Shown: positions 1-13,269 of the stretch, in pieces
How positions within the stretch are numbered: position 1 is the first letter of the stretch
How the letters are laid out: every line of letters begins with the position of its first letter
NCBI GenBank assembly: GCA_013265495.1
Contig: MU058384.1
Location: 4,015,239-4,079,238, forward strand
Length of the DNA stretch: 64,000 nucleotides
Source of the DNA: Vicugna vicugna
Taxonomy: Eukaryota
Reading direction: 5' to 3'
Translations under genes and position numbers: made by a program
Notes under the pieces: generated by a model
The model's input: only the letters and a program-made list of their open reading frames with translations
Databases searched by the model: none
What the model was told of the DNA's origin: nothing

Positions 1-169
1 GTAGTGCCTTCCTCCTCTTTCTGTATTTGATCTACTGGGATCACAATATTTAGGCAAATACCTACTGCCAGAAAACGACTCACAAATTATTTATACCCCA
101 GAGCTGCGCTGTGGAATTCAGCGGAGCACTTGAAAAGTGACTATGAGACTGACAGATCAAAGTTTAAAT

Positions 170-2080
170 TTAATTTTCTTTTTGAAAATGTTTAATTGTG
201 ACAAAAAACTTACCAAAATGTACCATCTTAACCATTTTTAAGTGTACAACAGGTATTCACCTTGTTGTGCAGCCAGTCTCTAGAACTTTTAAAATCTAAA
301 ACTGAAACTCTAGCTATTAAACAACAACTTTTCATTCTTTCCTCCCCCAGCTCCTGGCAACCACCATTCGACTTTCTGTTTCTATGAATTTGACTACCCT
401 GGATGCCTCATACACATGAAATCATACAGGATTTGTCTTTTTTGTGATTGCCTTATTTCACTTACCGTAATGTCCTTAAGGTCTGTTCTTCATGCTGTAG
501 CATGTGACAGGATTTCCGTTCTTTACAAGGCTAGTAATACTCCATTGTGTGTGTATCTATACATATACGTGAGTATGTTATGTAAATACACACATGTATA
601 TATGTATATACACACCACATTTTGTTATTCTGTTCATCTGTTGATGGACATTTGAGTTGCTTCTGCCTTTTGGCTATTGTGACTAGCACTGCCCTGAACA
701 TGGGTGTACAGATAATCTCTGTACTGAAGATCCTGCCTTCAGTTCTTTTGCATGTATACTCAATTGTTGGGTCTTATGATAATTCTATTTTTAATTTTTG
801 GGTGACTGCTATAGTGTTTCCCATAGTGATGGCACCATTTTACTTACATTCCAACCAGAAGGGTATAAGGTCTTCCACTTTTTTCACATCTTCACCAACA
901 CTTTTTTTTTTTTCAGGTTTTTTTGTTTGTTTGATCATTTGTTTTAAAATACTAGCTTAATGCATGTGAGATGATATCTCACTGTGGTTTTGATTTGCAT
1001 TTCTCTAATGGTCAATGATGGTGAGCATCTTTTTATATGTTTAATGGCCATTTGTATATCATCTTTGGAGAAATAGGTAATCCAGTCCTTTGCCCATTTT
1101 TCAATCTTAATCTTTAGTTTTTTAATCATAATCTTTAGTAATTTGATCTTAATATATTATGGATATTAATCCTTTATCAGATATATGATTTGCTAATATT
1201 TTCTCCCATTTTATAGGTTGCCTTCTTACTCTGTTGATTTTATCTTTTGATGCACAGTTTTTAAGTTTGACGTAGTCCCATTTGTCTATTTTTGCTTTTG
1301 TTGCATGTGCTTTTGGTGTTGTATCCAAGAAATCATTACCAAATCTAGTATTATCTGCTTCCCATTTTCTTCTGGGAATTTTATAGTTTTAAGTCTTTTA
1401 GCATTTAGGTCTTTAATCATTTTGAGTTCACTTTTGTATATGGTGTAAGGTAAGGGTTCAGCTACATTGTTTTACATGTGGATATCCAGTTTTCCCATCA
1501 CCATTTGTTGAAAAGACTGTCTTTTCCCCATTAAATGATCTTGGCACCCTTGTCTAGGATCCTTTGACCATATACACAAAGGTTTATTTCTTGATTCTCT
1601 ATTCTATGCCATTGGCCTATATGTCTGTCTTTATGACAGTACCATACTGTTTTGATTACCATAGCTTTGTGATGTATTCTGAGATCAGGGCATATGAGAC
1701 CTCTGACTTTGTTCTTCTTTTTCAAGATTGTTTTGTCCATTCAGAGTCCCTTGAGTTTCCATATAAATTTAGGATGGATTTTTTTCAATTTCTGCAAAAA
1801 ATGACATGGGCTTTTGATAGGGATTGCATTGATTCTGTAGGTTGCTTTGGGTAGTATTAACATCTTAGCAATCAATAAGTCTTCTAGTCCATAAATGTAA
1901 GATGTCTTCCTATTTATTAGTATCTTCTTTAATTTCTTTCAGCAATGCCTTCTAGGTTTCACCATGGAAGTCTTCTACCTCCTTGGTTAAGTTTGTTCCT
2001 AAGTAATTTATTCTTTTTGATGCTATTGTAAATGGAATTGTTTTCTTGGTTTCCTTTTCAATTTTATCTTTTATTTTAAT
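170..2080 (-). mobile_element. Old L1 (L1MB-like) 3' portion: ORF2 C-terminus plus 3'UTR, in a MAP7 intron
   Basis: Minus-strand ORFs 944..1129 ([21 protein letters not shown]) and 1531..1740 (KTILKKKNK.GL..PD....KA.VIKTVWY.HKDRHI.QW) are L1 ORF2 motifs. Confidence 0.9.
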
Positions 2081-2667
2081 CAATTTATATTTAAATTCAT
2101 ATTGTCACATGTGGCCAGTGGCTACCATTTTGGACAGGGGACAGGGTAAATGCAGAGCGTTTCTGTCATCACTGGTCTCTTGTATAGTGCTGCCCTGGAG
2201 TATCTGACTCTGTTGTCTCTCTTGAGGGTTGTTTGCATTCTAAACCTAACTCTAATTGTAAAGTTAAAGTCTTTGCCCTGATGGTAAGTTATCCAGACCA
2301 TTGACGTGGGCAGCTTGCTGCACATGTTCCACTCTAGCCTTGTGGAAATTGTTAACGGGAAAGATTATTGTACAGACTGTTGGCTATTAACTCAGATCAG
2401 GATGAGAATCAGGAGCACCTTTACACGTGTGGTACACCAATAGGTAACTGGGTGCAAGACCAATGGAAAGACATTTAAAAGTACTAAGAGGATAACAGTG
2501 TCTACCTGCCAGGGAGGGTGTTATCTCAAATACTGAGCATTTTTCCAAACTGTTCCTTCCTGCTCCCCTTACCTCTTTAAGATGATTAAAGGGAGGCCAG
2601 CTTTAGAGAAGAAAGAATTGGTTCAATTGCACTTTAACAGAAAGAAGACTCTGAGGATTATACACCT

Positions 2668-2677
2668 CATTAAATTT

Positions 2678-2716
<39 letters not shown>

Positions 2717-2808
2717 GGAGGTACTGGATTTTGAACCCAGAACCTTGTGAATGCTAAGTACATGCTCTACCACTACACGTTCTACCACTAAGCTACACCT
2801 ACCCCCCT
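2668..2808 (-). mobile_element. tRNA-derived camelid-type SINE
   Basis: Reverse-strand A/B boxes (gtagcttagtggtag...gggttcaaaatcc) and a long T tract. TSD ggattatacacct at 2655-2667 and 2809-2821. Confidence 0.9.
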
Positions 2809-4459
2809 GGATTATACACCTTTATGTAGGTTCGTTCGCAGATGCCTGTCTTATCAAGGCACAGATGATGTGATCAGTCCCCAAATCCTCCATAACACAA
2901 GTTACCCTTCCTGACTTACTTTCTCACTCAGATCTCTTTTTGATCTGACTTAAGCTAAGTTAAAATGTTTCAAGAAAAAGGAAGAAATGTGACGTGAGGA
3001 ACTTAACCGCAGAGTCCCTTGGGAAGAGCCCTGGGCCTTCCACTCTGGGGATTGATTTGCCACAGGCATAACTGCCACCCTGTACACTTAACTTGTCAAG
3101 AGGGTTCCATATGGTGGCTGCGGCTCCTGCTACCCAAGGACCGCAGCTGTTCTCTGAGGCCCATCGCCTGCCTCTGGTACCAGAGACAGAGGAAAAGGGT
3201 GGCCATGCAACCGCAGGTGATACAGAGCTGGCACCCACTTGGCGCAGCTCTTTCCTGCCCCATTCTTTATCTATTTTACTTAGAAGTTCTGGGGAGACAT
3301 TATTTGACACTGGGATGTTTTTCCTCCACTTATAGCCCAGTCCATCAACTAGGATGCTACTAGGGAAAATGGAGATAAGCAATTAGAAGAGAGGCTAAAG
3401 GGAGCAAAAGGGAAGGGAAGGAAGGAGGGAGTTGCTGCTTGAGCCAGGCAGAAAAGGAGGGGGCAGAAGGTACCCGCCAGCTTACTGGCCCTGAGGCCGC
3501 TCCTGCCCTCCACCCTTGCGGGTGGCTTTCCTGCAAGAAGCCCACAGAACGACAGACTGACAGGCATTCACACAGGTGCCTACAGCAGGCATCCATCCGC
3601 ACCCCAGAACATTGCCAGCAATGTTCCAGATACTTGGAATGAGTCTTTCTCTTCCGTTGTGCCTTTTTTTTTTTTTCCTTCTCTCTTGTGTTGCCTTTAC
3701 ACTGTCAGTACACTTCTGGGTTTCCTTTTGCCCATTTCAATATAGGAAAGGTATAATTTCTCTGACTGAATTCCTAGTGTGCAGTCAGAGGGGCTGATGT
3801 TTTTGGCCCACCCTCGGATTTCAATTTCATCCCTAATGAAGAAGACTAAAATTGATTAAAATTCCTCACTTGAACCTGACTACTCCTTCAAGGACAAGAG
3901 GACACTAGGTGAGGAAGGACTTGTTTGTATAACATCAGCATAAAGAAAAAAATGAATTAATGTCTGATATAGCAGACATGTAGATTAAAAAAAAAAAAAG
4001 ACTGAGCTATAGTATGTTCCAGAGTGGAAAAAAAAAAAAAAGAAAATTGCTAAGGAATGAAAAGAGATAAAGGTAGGGGGAATAAACTAGAAATGACCTT
4101 TATTTTGACATTTGTATGGGCTAAACCAGACTATGAGAGATTTTGCTCCAGGTAATTTTAGAAACAAAGTACTATACAAAGTAAGTGCTTTCTAAAATTG
4201 TGCTTTTGTTTTATTTTGTTTTACAGATATAAGTCTAGATCATATGTCCAGAACCTTCTTATTAGGTCAAATTGTGTTAATCCATTTCTAATGTTCAGTT
4301 TTAACCTAATAGAGGCCTTTTGTTGGGTGGAATGGATATATATGTCAGAGATTGGAAATTTTCCAGTCACTGAGTGGATTGCAGCTCCACTATTGAATAC
4401 TGTGAATGTGTTTGTCCCGCTCATGGAAAAATCTAATTATTGTGTTTCTCTGACCTCAG

Positions 4460-4575
4460 GGCTATAAAAGAGAGAGGGAGAGAGAAAATGTACCCTTCCA
4501 CCTCACATCCAGCTTCCGAAGGGCTCTATCTCCATCTCATCCCAAAGCCAGGTCTCCAGCTTCCTCCCGACTTTG
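4460..4575 (+). CDS. MAP7: MAP7 coding exon (human exon 9 equivalent), GYKRERERENVPFHLTSSFRRALSPSHPKARSPASSRL(W)
   Basis: Acceptor tttctctgacctcag|, donor TTG|gtgagt; 116 nt, phase 0->2. The peptide matches recalled human MAP7 SYKKERERENVLFLTSGTRRAVSPSNPKARQPARSRLW. Confidence 0.93.
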
Positions 4576-4904
4576 GTGAGTGAAATGTAAGAGGCTGGCT
4601 GGGTTGTTCCACGTTGGAGAATTGGTAGCCTGTGTCCTCTGAAAGGAAACTGTTCTCCCCACACTGTTTAGCCTTCACTTAGGGAGTAACTTTTTCCTTA
4701 GAGGCAAGAAAAAAGAAAACTGGAATGAGTCTCTAAAGTGAGTATTTTTGAGTTTGCCACATGACACATTCGCCTAGTTCAGTGTGTTCATTTCTCTTCC
4801 CTGTTGGCGTTCCAGGACTATTACACGGTAGAGGCGTGGGGAGAGGAAGGCTCAGGCAAGCCCGTTCTAATGTGGCCCTTCTCTTTACTTTCTTTGTGGC
4901 CCAG

Positions 4905-5185
4905 GCTCCCATCCAAGTCCTTTCCCCATTTGCCTGGCACACCCAGACCAACCTCTGCGTCTCCTGGATCAGTCAAAGCTGCCCCTGCTCAGGTCCGGCC
5001 CCCCTCCCCCGGCAACATCCGCCCCATCAAGAGAGAAGTCAGAGTGGAACCCGACAGAAAAGACCCTGAGAAAGAACCTCATAAAGTTGCCAACGAGCCC
5101 TCACTGAAGGGCAGAACACCTTTAGGGAAGGTAGAAGAAGCCACAGTTGAAGAAGGGACACCCGTCGAAGCAGAGGCTGCCCCTG
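4905..5185 (+). CDS. MAP7: MAP7 coding exon (exon 10 equivalent), Pro-rich linker LPSKSFPHLPGTPRP...EEGTPVEAEAAP
   Basis: Acceptor ttctttgtggcccag|, donor CTG|gtagga; 281 nt, phase 2->1. Lies within ORF 4804..5310 and is near-identical to human MAP7 (PPSPGNIRP.KREV, ANEPSLKGR). Confidence 0.96.
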
Positions 5186-5521
5186 GTAGGAGGCGGCTGG
5201 CTCACGGTGGGCGTGGGTTGCTCTCTACTCACTCGTACTTTTTCTCTCGCACACTTTTATTTAGCCTGTTCCTTCTTTCATCTTTTTTATTTTTAATTTT
5301 TCCTTATTGAGGGCTTGGAAGTTTTACGTGTCCAGAAGGGCCAATTTGGGGACCTTTATTTGAGTATAATTTTCTTATATATAAAGAAAGAATTGTACAT
5401 CCAAAAGTATACTGTCAGAGCCACAGCATATTAATTCAGGTGTGGTTTATGATTCCTTTCATTGACCGAGTCCAGTGTTTGACAAAATGTGGTATTCAGA
5501 GCACCTGCATCAGAATCACTT

Positions 5522-5973
5522 GTGTCAGTTATCTCTTGTTGTGTAACAAATTATCCCCAAACCGTGCAGCTTATAAAACAACGAAGTTACTATATCAGGC
5601 AGAGTCTTAGGTCAGGAGTTCAGGAGCAGCTTAGCCAGGTCATCAGAGGATGGCTGTCAGCACGTGGTCTTTGTTTCCTGACACGTTAACCTCTCCAGAG
5701 GATTGTTTGATGTCTTCACAGTCTGTCCGCTTGCTCTTGCTAGCGTCCCCCAGAGTGAGTGATCTGGGAGAGAGAATCATGAGGAACCCACAGTTATCTT
5801 TTATGCCTAGTCCCAGAAGTCACACACACACACACAGAAGTCACAGTTTCTGTCACACTGTTCATCAGAAGCAAGTCACCAGGTTCAACTCACACTCAAG
5901 TGGAGAGGATTAGTCTCCACCTTTTAAAGGGAGGATTTTCGAAGAATTTAGGCAAATATTTTTAAACCACCAC
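5522..5973. mobile_element. MaLR (MLT1-like) solo LTR, apparently inserted in a MER5-like DNA transposon
   Basis: Termini tgtgtcagttatctcttgttgtgtaacaaattatcccc...ttttaaaccaccaca resemble MLT1. MER5-like words (catcagaatcac; cagacctactgaatca) flank it. Confidence 0.65.
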
Positions 5974-7152
5974 ATCTATAATATTTCAAACTATAGAACC
6001 CTGGCTCTACGTCAGACCTACTGAATCAAATAAATAGTGTATCCAAGGACTCTGGGGGATACTAGGCTCGTCTGTTGACTCCTGTGCAGGACTGTCACAT
6101 TAAATTAGAGTGGCCAGTTACCCTCTGCATATTGGAGTTTAAGGACCACTGGCTCACTTAGCCTGTGTGCTTGACAGAGATCAGAATTTTTTGCAGAAGA
6201 CCCAGTGGATCTCATCTCTACCAGGCTAACCAGGTGCTATTTAGATGTTTAAAATCATCTGGAACTAGAAATTCAATATATCCTGTTGCAAGTTGTCTTC
6301 ATTCCAAAGTTTCTCCTTAAGACTTAATTTGAAGTTAGAAGGTGGGGCAAAGATAGAATAGATGACTGAAGACAAATGATAGTGTTGTTAGGGAATGGAA
6401 GAGTCCAGTGTTTGTTTGCATGAAGTGAAGAAGAAGAGAAAGGCCAGAAGGTGTCCTGAGAGCAAAGAAAGATGTGTGAGAGCAGAAGGAGAAACAGAAA
6501 CCTTGAAAGGAGGGTCTGGAGTGGTCAGGTACCAGAGATTACACATCCCCATGGGCTCTGTAGGGCTCCCTGCTACATCAGCCCTGTGGGTCATTTTCCA
6601 GAGTCCAAATAAGGTCGGAGAACTCCTGCTTCTATCTCACATCTTCGCATGAGGCCTAGCAGTGGAGCCCCGTGTTGTATAAGGAATACAGGTGCGGGTT
6701 GCTGAAGAGACCCTTGGCTCTGCCTTCCTCAGACTTGGAGACGGCTCTGAGTAGACAAAAGGGACCATCTTCCCAGCCTGAATCTGGGCTCCTGTTACGG
6801 GCACTGGGAATGGTCACCAAAAGCCTTGAGTCCACTAGTGATGAATAGTCACTAAAGAAAAGGAATTTTTTTTAATGCAATGAAAGGCAAATGGAAGATC
6901 TCGTCTTCTTTTTTGCTGGGGGTATAACTTCCCACAGAACCTAACGTGAGGTTCTATACTCAGTACACATTTGATATATGTTGTTAACTGATTTAACTTG
7001 TATAAAAATAAGACTTGGTGACAGAGTGTCAGCTTCGGATGTCTCACTTACACACGCAGCTTTGTGTTATCCGTTGCCCGGTGACAGACAGAATACAGTG
7101 AAACCGTGAGAACACGCAGTGATAAACGTTCCCTTTTCTTTTATAATGTTGA

Positions 7153-7479
<327 letters not shown>

Positions 7480-8262
7480 TAAAGGAGTGACACACTGCAT
7501 AGAGACACCCTAGTGACACCTCGGATTAAATCTTCAGTCAGAAGAGGTGGTAGTAGTGTTGAAGGTGAATCATTTGTTTCAGAGTTACTCTTCCCCGGTG
7601 TTCCTCTGACCACTACGTGACTTTATTAAGTCACATTTTCTTATTATAATGACAGTAGGACAAAATTGATGAAGAAAGATTTAAAGAAAAAAAAATTCCC
7701 CTTATCTTACCAGATTTCAATAATTGTGTACATGTTGGGTAACCCTTTCCAGTCTCTGTGAACAGTGTGTGGGTGTGTATGCTGACATCAGTAGATACAT
7801 ACACACGTGTATTTGCACAGTCATAACCACAATAGAGGTACAGTTGTGCGGTCTGAGTATTTCATTTGACATAGCTCTCATCTCCATATTTCCTCGTTAT
7901 CTTTCCTCGTAACCATTTCTCATTTACAAAATATTTGGGGGGAGTGTTAAATTCGTTACTCAAAAGTCACATTACTGGATTAAACAATCCAACTATCTAT
8001 CTCAGCCTTTAAAGATAGTTCTGTTGCAGATCCTTCTGAAAAACAAGCTCTCCTCCGAATCTTGGTGGATACATTCTGCGTCTGTCCACCCGAAGGCAAC
8101 GTGAGGCTGTGGAGGGGAGGAGGAAGAGAGGATGGCTCCCCATGTGTCCAGTGGAGACTTGGCCAGACCGCCCAGCAGGCTGTCCTGCGGATAACCACTC
8201 ACTTGAGCCTCTCCAAGGAACTCCCCTCATGCATCTTGAGCTTGGGTTTTGTCTTTTTCCAG

Positions 8263-8434
8263 ACAAAAGAGGGAGGAGTTGGCTCAAAAGGTGGCTGAAG
8301 AGAGAACCCGCCGGGAGGAGGAGGCCCGCCGGCTGGAAGCAGAGCAAGCCCGGGAGAGGGAAGAGCAGCTGCGGCAGCAGGAGGAGGAGCGGGCGCGGCG
8401 CGAGCGGGAAGAGATGGAGCGCGTCCAGAAGCAG
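8263..8434 (+). CDS. MAP7: MAP7 coding exon (exon 12 equivalent), QKREELAQKVAEERTRREEEARRLE...ERVQKQ
   Basis: Acceptor gtctttttccag|, donor CAG|gtgggg; 172 nt, phase 2->0. E/R-rich coiled coil. Confidence 0.96.
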
Positions 8435-8671
8435 GTGGGGTCCGGACTGGAGATGCGGAGAGCGGCAGAGAGGGGCGGAGAGGGGTGGCGCGGATGAGTA
8501 GAGGAAGATGTTGAGCTTAGCGCTAGGAGTGCCCTGTCTCCTGCGCGCCCTTGGGGTCCGCACGTTCTCCACCTGCCATTCTTACCCCCAACCCTGGTCG
8601 CCCGGGGACCGCTGGGCAGCGGGCGTATCCAGCCTGTTTGTAAGAAGCAGATGCCGACTTCCTGTTTTCAG

Positions 8672-8773
8672 AAAGAAGAAGAAGCGCGTGTTCGCGAAGA
8701 AGCAGAGAGGGTCCGGCAGGAACGGGAGAAGCATTTCCAGAGAGAAGAGCAGGAGCGTCTGGAGAGAAAGAAG
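8672..8773 (+). CDS. MAP7: MAP7 coding exon (exon 13 equivalent), KEEEARVREEAERVRQEREKHFQREEQERLERKK
   Basis: Acceptor cctgttttcag|, donor AAG|gtagta; 102 nt, phase 0->0. Identical to the recalled human peptide. Confidence 0.97.
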
Positions 8774-9162
8774 GTAGTAGCGTCCCACGCGGAAGCCTGG
8801 CGCACTTTTTGTTCTCATTCTTCTAGACTTGTGGCCGTCTCACGACCGAGGCACCAGCTTACTGCCGTCAGAAAGCAAATGTGTTTTGCCCATTCCAGAT
8901 AAACTAAAGTAGCTCTCAGTATAAATATTCTTCACCAAAGAAAAGAGTCTTCATGTTTCAGCCTTCACCATAAAGTTCCTTCCAGTTCATGTGGCTTAAG
9001 CCAGTTCCACCTTTTTTGAATAAGTCCTGTTAAGACAAAGACAGCTGTGTTCTCCCAAAATAATAGACAAGTTTTAATGACCTGCTATTTGCTTAGTCAG
9101 AGAAGTGCACCAGACTTGCTTTCTCTATCTGATCTGTTTGCTCCATTCTTCCTTCCCTGCAG

Positions 9163-9213
9163 CGACTTGAGGAGATTATGAAAAGAACCAGGAGAACAGA
9201 AGCTGCAGATAAG
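9163..9213 (+). CDS. MAP7: MAP7 coding exon (exon 14 equivalent), RLEEIMKRTRRTEAADK
   Basis: Acceptor ccttccctgcag|, donor AAG|gtatta; 51 nt. Contains the conserved RLEEIMKRTR motif. Confidence 0.97.
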
Positions 9214-9315
9214 GTATTAAGATGGCCATTTTTAAACTATTCATAACGGCTTTTTTTTCTGTTTACTTTTACTTGCAATTTTAACATTAAAACATCTTTC
9301 TTTTTTCTTTATTAG

Positions 9316-9373
9316 AAAACTGTTGATCAGAGAAACGGAGATATAACCAAGGGAGCTCTCACTGGAGGAACAG
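9316..9373 (+). CDS. MAP7: MAP7 coding exon (exon 15 equivalent), KTVDQRNGDITKGALTGGT
   Basis: Acceptor ttttctttattag|, donor CAG|gtattt; 58 nt, phase 0->1. Human reads KTSDQRNGDIAKGALTGGT. Confidence 0.95.
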
Positions 9374-11980
9374 GTATTTATTCAGTGAACTCAAATGAAT
9401 TCAAATATAGAATTTTTGAATTGACTCTCTAGAGGTCAAGATAAATCATTGATTGATTTAAAATTTTAAAAATACTCATTGACTCAGAAGCTTAGGTGTG
9501 TCTCATCTAGTCCACAGATACTCCCTTTTATCTAAAAATCTCTAGCATTTCTAGCAGGGTTTTTTTACACCTGTTTATACTCTAATGGAGTGTTTAATAT
9601 CTTAAGTCATCTTATGTTATATACATCTATGTGTATATATGTACATATCTGTGTGTATATATGTATATATGCCTGTATAGCTATGTATACACACATGATA
9701 AGAATAATTTTGAGTTTATAAAATTAAATTTAATTTATTATTTACTACCTGCTGAAGGATCCTGCATTTATATTTGCTATTAAAAACGTTTAACATTTTG
9801 ACAATTTGTACTTATGACAGTTCTCAGAAATGAGTTTAAATATTATTTCTTTTAGTTCTGACTTCAGAATAGAGTTTTAAATTTGAAAGGTGTTGAAATT
9901 TCATTAGAAAGTTCATGTGCTGTAGGCTTTGGACAGAGCTGGTTAATTTCTTGGTGATTTTAAACCAAATTTGGTGTAAATAATAATAAAGTTTACTTAG
10001 TGTTTCAGTACTCAGATTCAATTACTATTTATTAAAATGCCTTCTTTGTGTCAGCTATGTCTGCGTACATTTTCTTGTTTAAGTTCCGTTGCAGGCCTGT
10101 GAGATAGAATATGCTTTATCTTGGAGTCAGCAAGCATTTTTGGAAACCTGTGTGCCAGGCCCTGTTGTAGGTGCTAGGATTCAGTGTGAACAGGTCAGGC
10201 AAGGGCCTCACCTCCAAGGAGCATTCAGAATGAGTGATAGGCCTGGTTTGCACAGCTGAAGTCCAAGTCACCAGCTTGTCAGTCAGTTCCTTCTGTGATT
10301 CCACGTGGTCTTCATGATTGTGCATATAGGTGGTTGGTCGTTAGTTCAGTATTCAGTCATCTTCTTTCCTCATCTGCAATATCAATGTGAAAAGAAAGGA
10401 CCAGAGCTTTTGCAGTTTTTTTTAAAGACTGGAGTGAAGATCAAATGAAGTGATGTATGTGAAAGAACATTCTTTGTAAACTCCAGGAGTTTTCAAATGT
10501 AAAATATTGGTATTTCGGGATTTGGTTTTATTTCAGTAGAGGCTACCCTCGTTTCTCAATGTCTTGATTCCTTCATAGTGAGGTTTTCATGCTCTTTTAA
10601 AGATGCCCTAATTTTATTTGTTTGGAGAGTCGCTGTAGTGGTTGCATATTAACCCCATTGCATTTTTATCAGGTTATCTCCAAGAATGTTATAATACATG
10701 TAGGCTTGAAGCAGGCATAGCACCCAGTGGGTCATTAGAATGAGCACTTTAGGATGTAAATTGCACCAACTCAGGATTATTTGAGGAGCTGATGCTGTAC
10801 TTTGTGCATGGCCAGATTCCTTGTTGGGTTTTTTATTTTTCCATCTTTCTTCTTCCTGCTATTGCCCTATCAATTCTTTGGATATTCTTTGTACCTCAGT
10901 TGGAGAATAAACAATGGGGAGAGGGAAGGTAAAATCTGTCAGTTGTCATACCTGGGTTTATCAACACTCATAATAAATTTGGTTTGCGTTAATACTGCTA
11001 AAAAGAGTCCCGAAGATTATCTAACGGATGTTCTTCTCCTGGTCCCACATGTGGTTGAGGACTGCATGGTGTCACCAGGGCTCCAAAGAGAATTCTAGGG
11101 CGGGCAGGCAGGTGACTTTTCAGACCTATCAGGAGTCTTCTCAGAGGTTGCCCATTACCAGCTTTGCCAGTGTCGGCAGGTTTTAAGTTATCAGTCTCTT
11201 CTTTGGTTCAGTTATCAGATACCTTGTACCTCTGGCAGTTTTACTGAATTTGTGCCAGGCTGTGAAATAACACTTTCTCAGAATTAGTTCAGTTATTCTC
11301 TCACATCAAGCTGAAACCATAAACTGCCACAGAGGTCCCTGAAACTGTGACCTATGTAAGGTTTACAAGACTTGAAGTAAACCTGGCCCAGAGTTTAGAG
11401 TCAGTCATCAATATTGTTGGCTTATGCTAGACTCCAGTGGGGAGCATTGAATGACTGGTGACGTAGTTAGGTACAATTCACTGGCCTTCCAGGCATGACA
11501 TCCCTACCATTCTAAGTGTGGGTATAACTACACTGAGTTTTAAAAAATATTTTCCATCACTTAGGTATTTCATGATGATTTGCTCCAAATCCTTCAATAA
11601 AGACGTTCAGTGTTGGCCTGATGAAATCAGCTTACTGCTTTCTTCATCAGTTGCTTTGGTTTCGGTGTTACATATTTTTGATCCAAAGTCAATTTAGTGC
11701 AAGTGAAAATAATAGCAGTACTGATTTCTACCCTTATGACGTACTGAGCAGTGTTCTAAGTACTTTGCCTGTGTTAGTGCATTTAATTTTCACATTAGCC
11801 TATGAGGTAGGTATTGTTATCCATGAGGAAACTGAGGCACAGGGCGTTTGTGGCTTGCCCAGGGTGACATAGCTGATAAGTAGTAGAGCCAGGATGTGCA
11901 TCCAGGCATTGTCCCCTAGGGTTTGAGTTTGACAGTACAGTTGTAGTAACGCTTTGTTCCATCTTCTTTGCTATGTCCAG

Positions 11981-12083
11981 TGGTATCTGCACTTCCATGT
12001 ATGACAAACTCTCCAGGACAAGGAGAACCAGCAGCCAGCCCCCATGCGGTTACCTCACACCAATCCAAAGTGACTGCGGAGAG
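11981..12083 (+). CDS. MAP7: MAP7 coding exon (exon 16 equivalent), (V)VSALPCMTNSPGQGEPAASPHAVTSHQSKVTAE(S)
   Basis: Acceptor tttgctatgtccag|, donor GAG|gtgagt; 103 nt, phase 1->2. Human reads EVSALPCTTNAPGNGKPVGSPHVVTSHQSKVTVES. Confidence 0.94.
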
Positions 12084-13269
12084 GTGAGTTAAACAGCTGA
12101 GGCCTCTTTTACTGACACACATTAGAGCAAAGTGCTATTGCTTTTGCCCCACCAGTCCTACCAGAATTTTTGGGCTGGGCAGAATTTCAGAGTTTTAACA
12201 TGAAGGTTTATTTTTATTGAGGATCATTAATTTTTGATAGAACTAGTAATTCTGTAATCTCGGAAAAGGAAAATATCTTTTTCTTGAATCTTTAAATAGG
12301 ATGGTGAGGTTTTTGTGTGACTATTAGAAAGTTACAGGGAATAATGTTGCTTTTCTTTGTATATATTTGGCATGATCTAGACCACCTTCACACCCTTTAA
12401 TGATATAGAACGACTGTATTTTCACTGTACAGTGAAATTTTACAGTGAGTCACAGGTTTGCTCCATAGTAAACAAAATTTAGATGCCAGTATTTCTTACA
12501 CTAGTTGTGGGTCTTCTTATTGAGGAAATAAAAGGTTGCTAACAATAGTTAAGAAAGAAGTATGGATTGAAGAAATATTACCTTTCTCTTCTCTTGCAAT
12601 TACATTGACAGTGTCGTAAGAGCACTCTCAAAAATGAAAAATAAGGGTAGTCATAGCCTGTGCCTAAATCCAGTCAGAGAGAACTTGTAGGAATATTTGT
12701 AATAAATGTTCAAAAATTTCAGCTATGACTTTTTAATTTTCAGAACTTATTTAATTGTTTTATGAGTTCTTCTGCCTCTAATATCAATCTTTGCTTCCAT
12801 CAAAGAATTGAAGCTCCTGAATTTAATTTTTTTCTTTCAACAGATAATATGTCTTTTAAGATCTTTTTTCTTCCAATTTTATTGAGATATAATTGACCAC
12901 TGTCTGAGTTTAAGGTATTCCATATAATGATTTAATAGACATAAATTAATTTTTTTCTTAATCTAAAAACACATTTCTGCACAGCATTTTATATTACTGG
13001 CAGCAATGAAAAGATAAGTTACCCTAAGCTGGATATCCTAAGTTGTCTATTAGTCATAAAATACCTGTGGTTATCTTTCTGGGACAGTAAAAATTTTTTG
13101 ATTTTGCCCACTATAATACCAAAGAAGATAACTTTACTAAGAGAGCGCTTAACAATAAGCTTTTGATTATGTTGAATAAGTTTATTGTCATAATTATAAT
13201 TACCTAAAGTATCCAGTAAGGGACATTACACTTTTAGTTACAGCTTGATTTTCAAATAAAATATTCATT

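Noticed and set aside
2960..3642. Overlapping ORFs in a GC-richer intronic stretch; possible alternative first exon MVAAAPATQG...ATA(G)|gtgata
   Set aside because: No recognisable homology. The donor is weak, and its phase (1) does not match the next MAP7 exon (phase 0).
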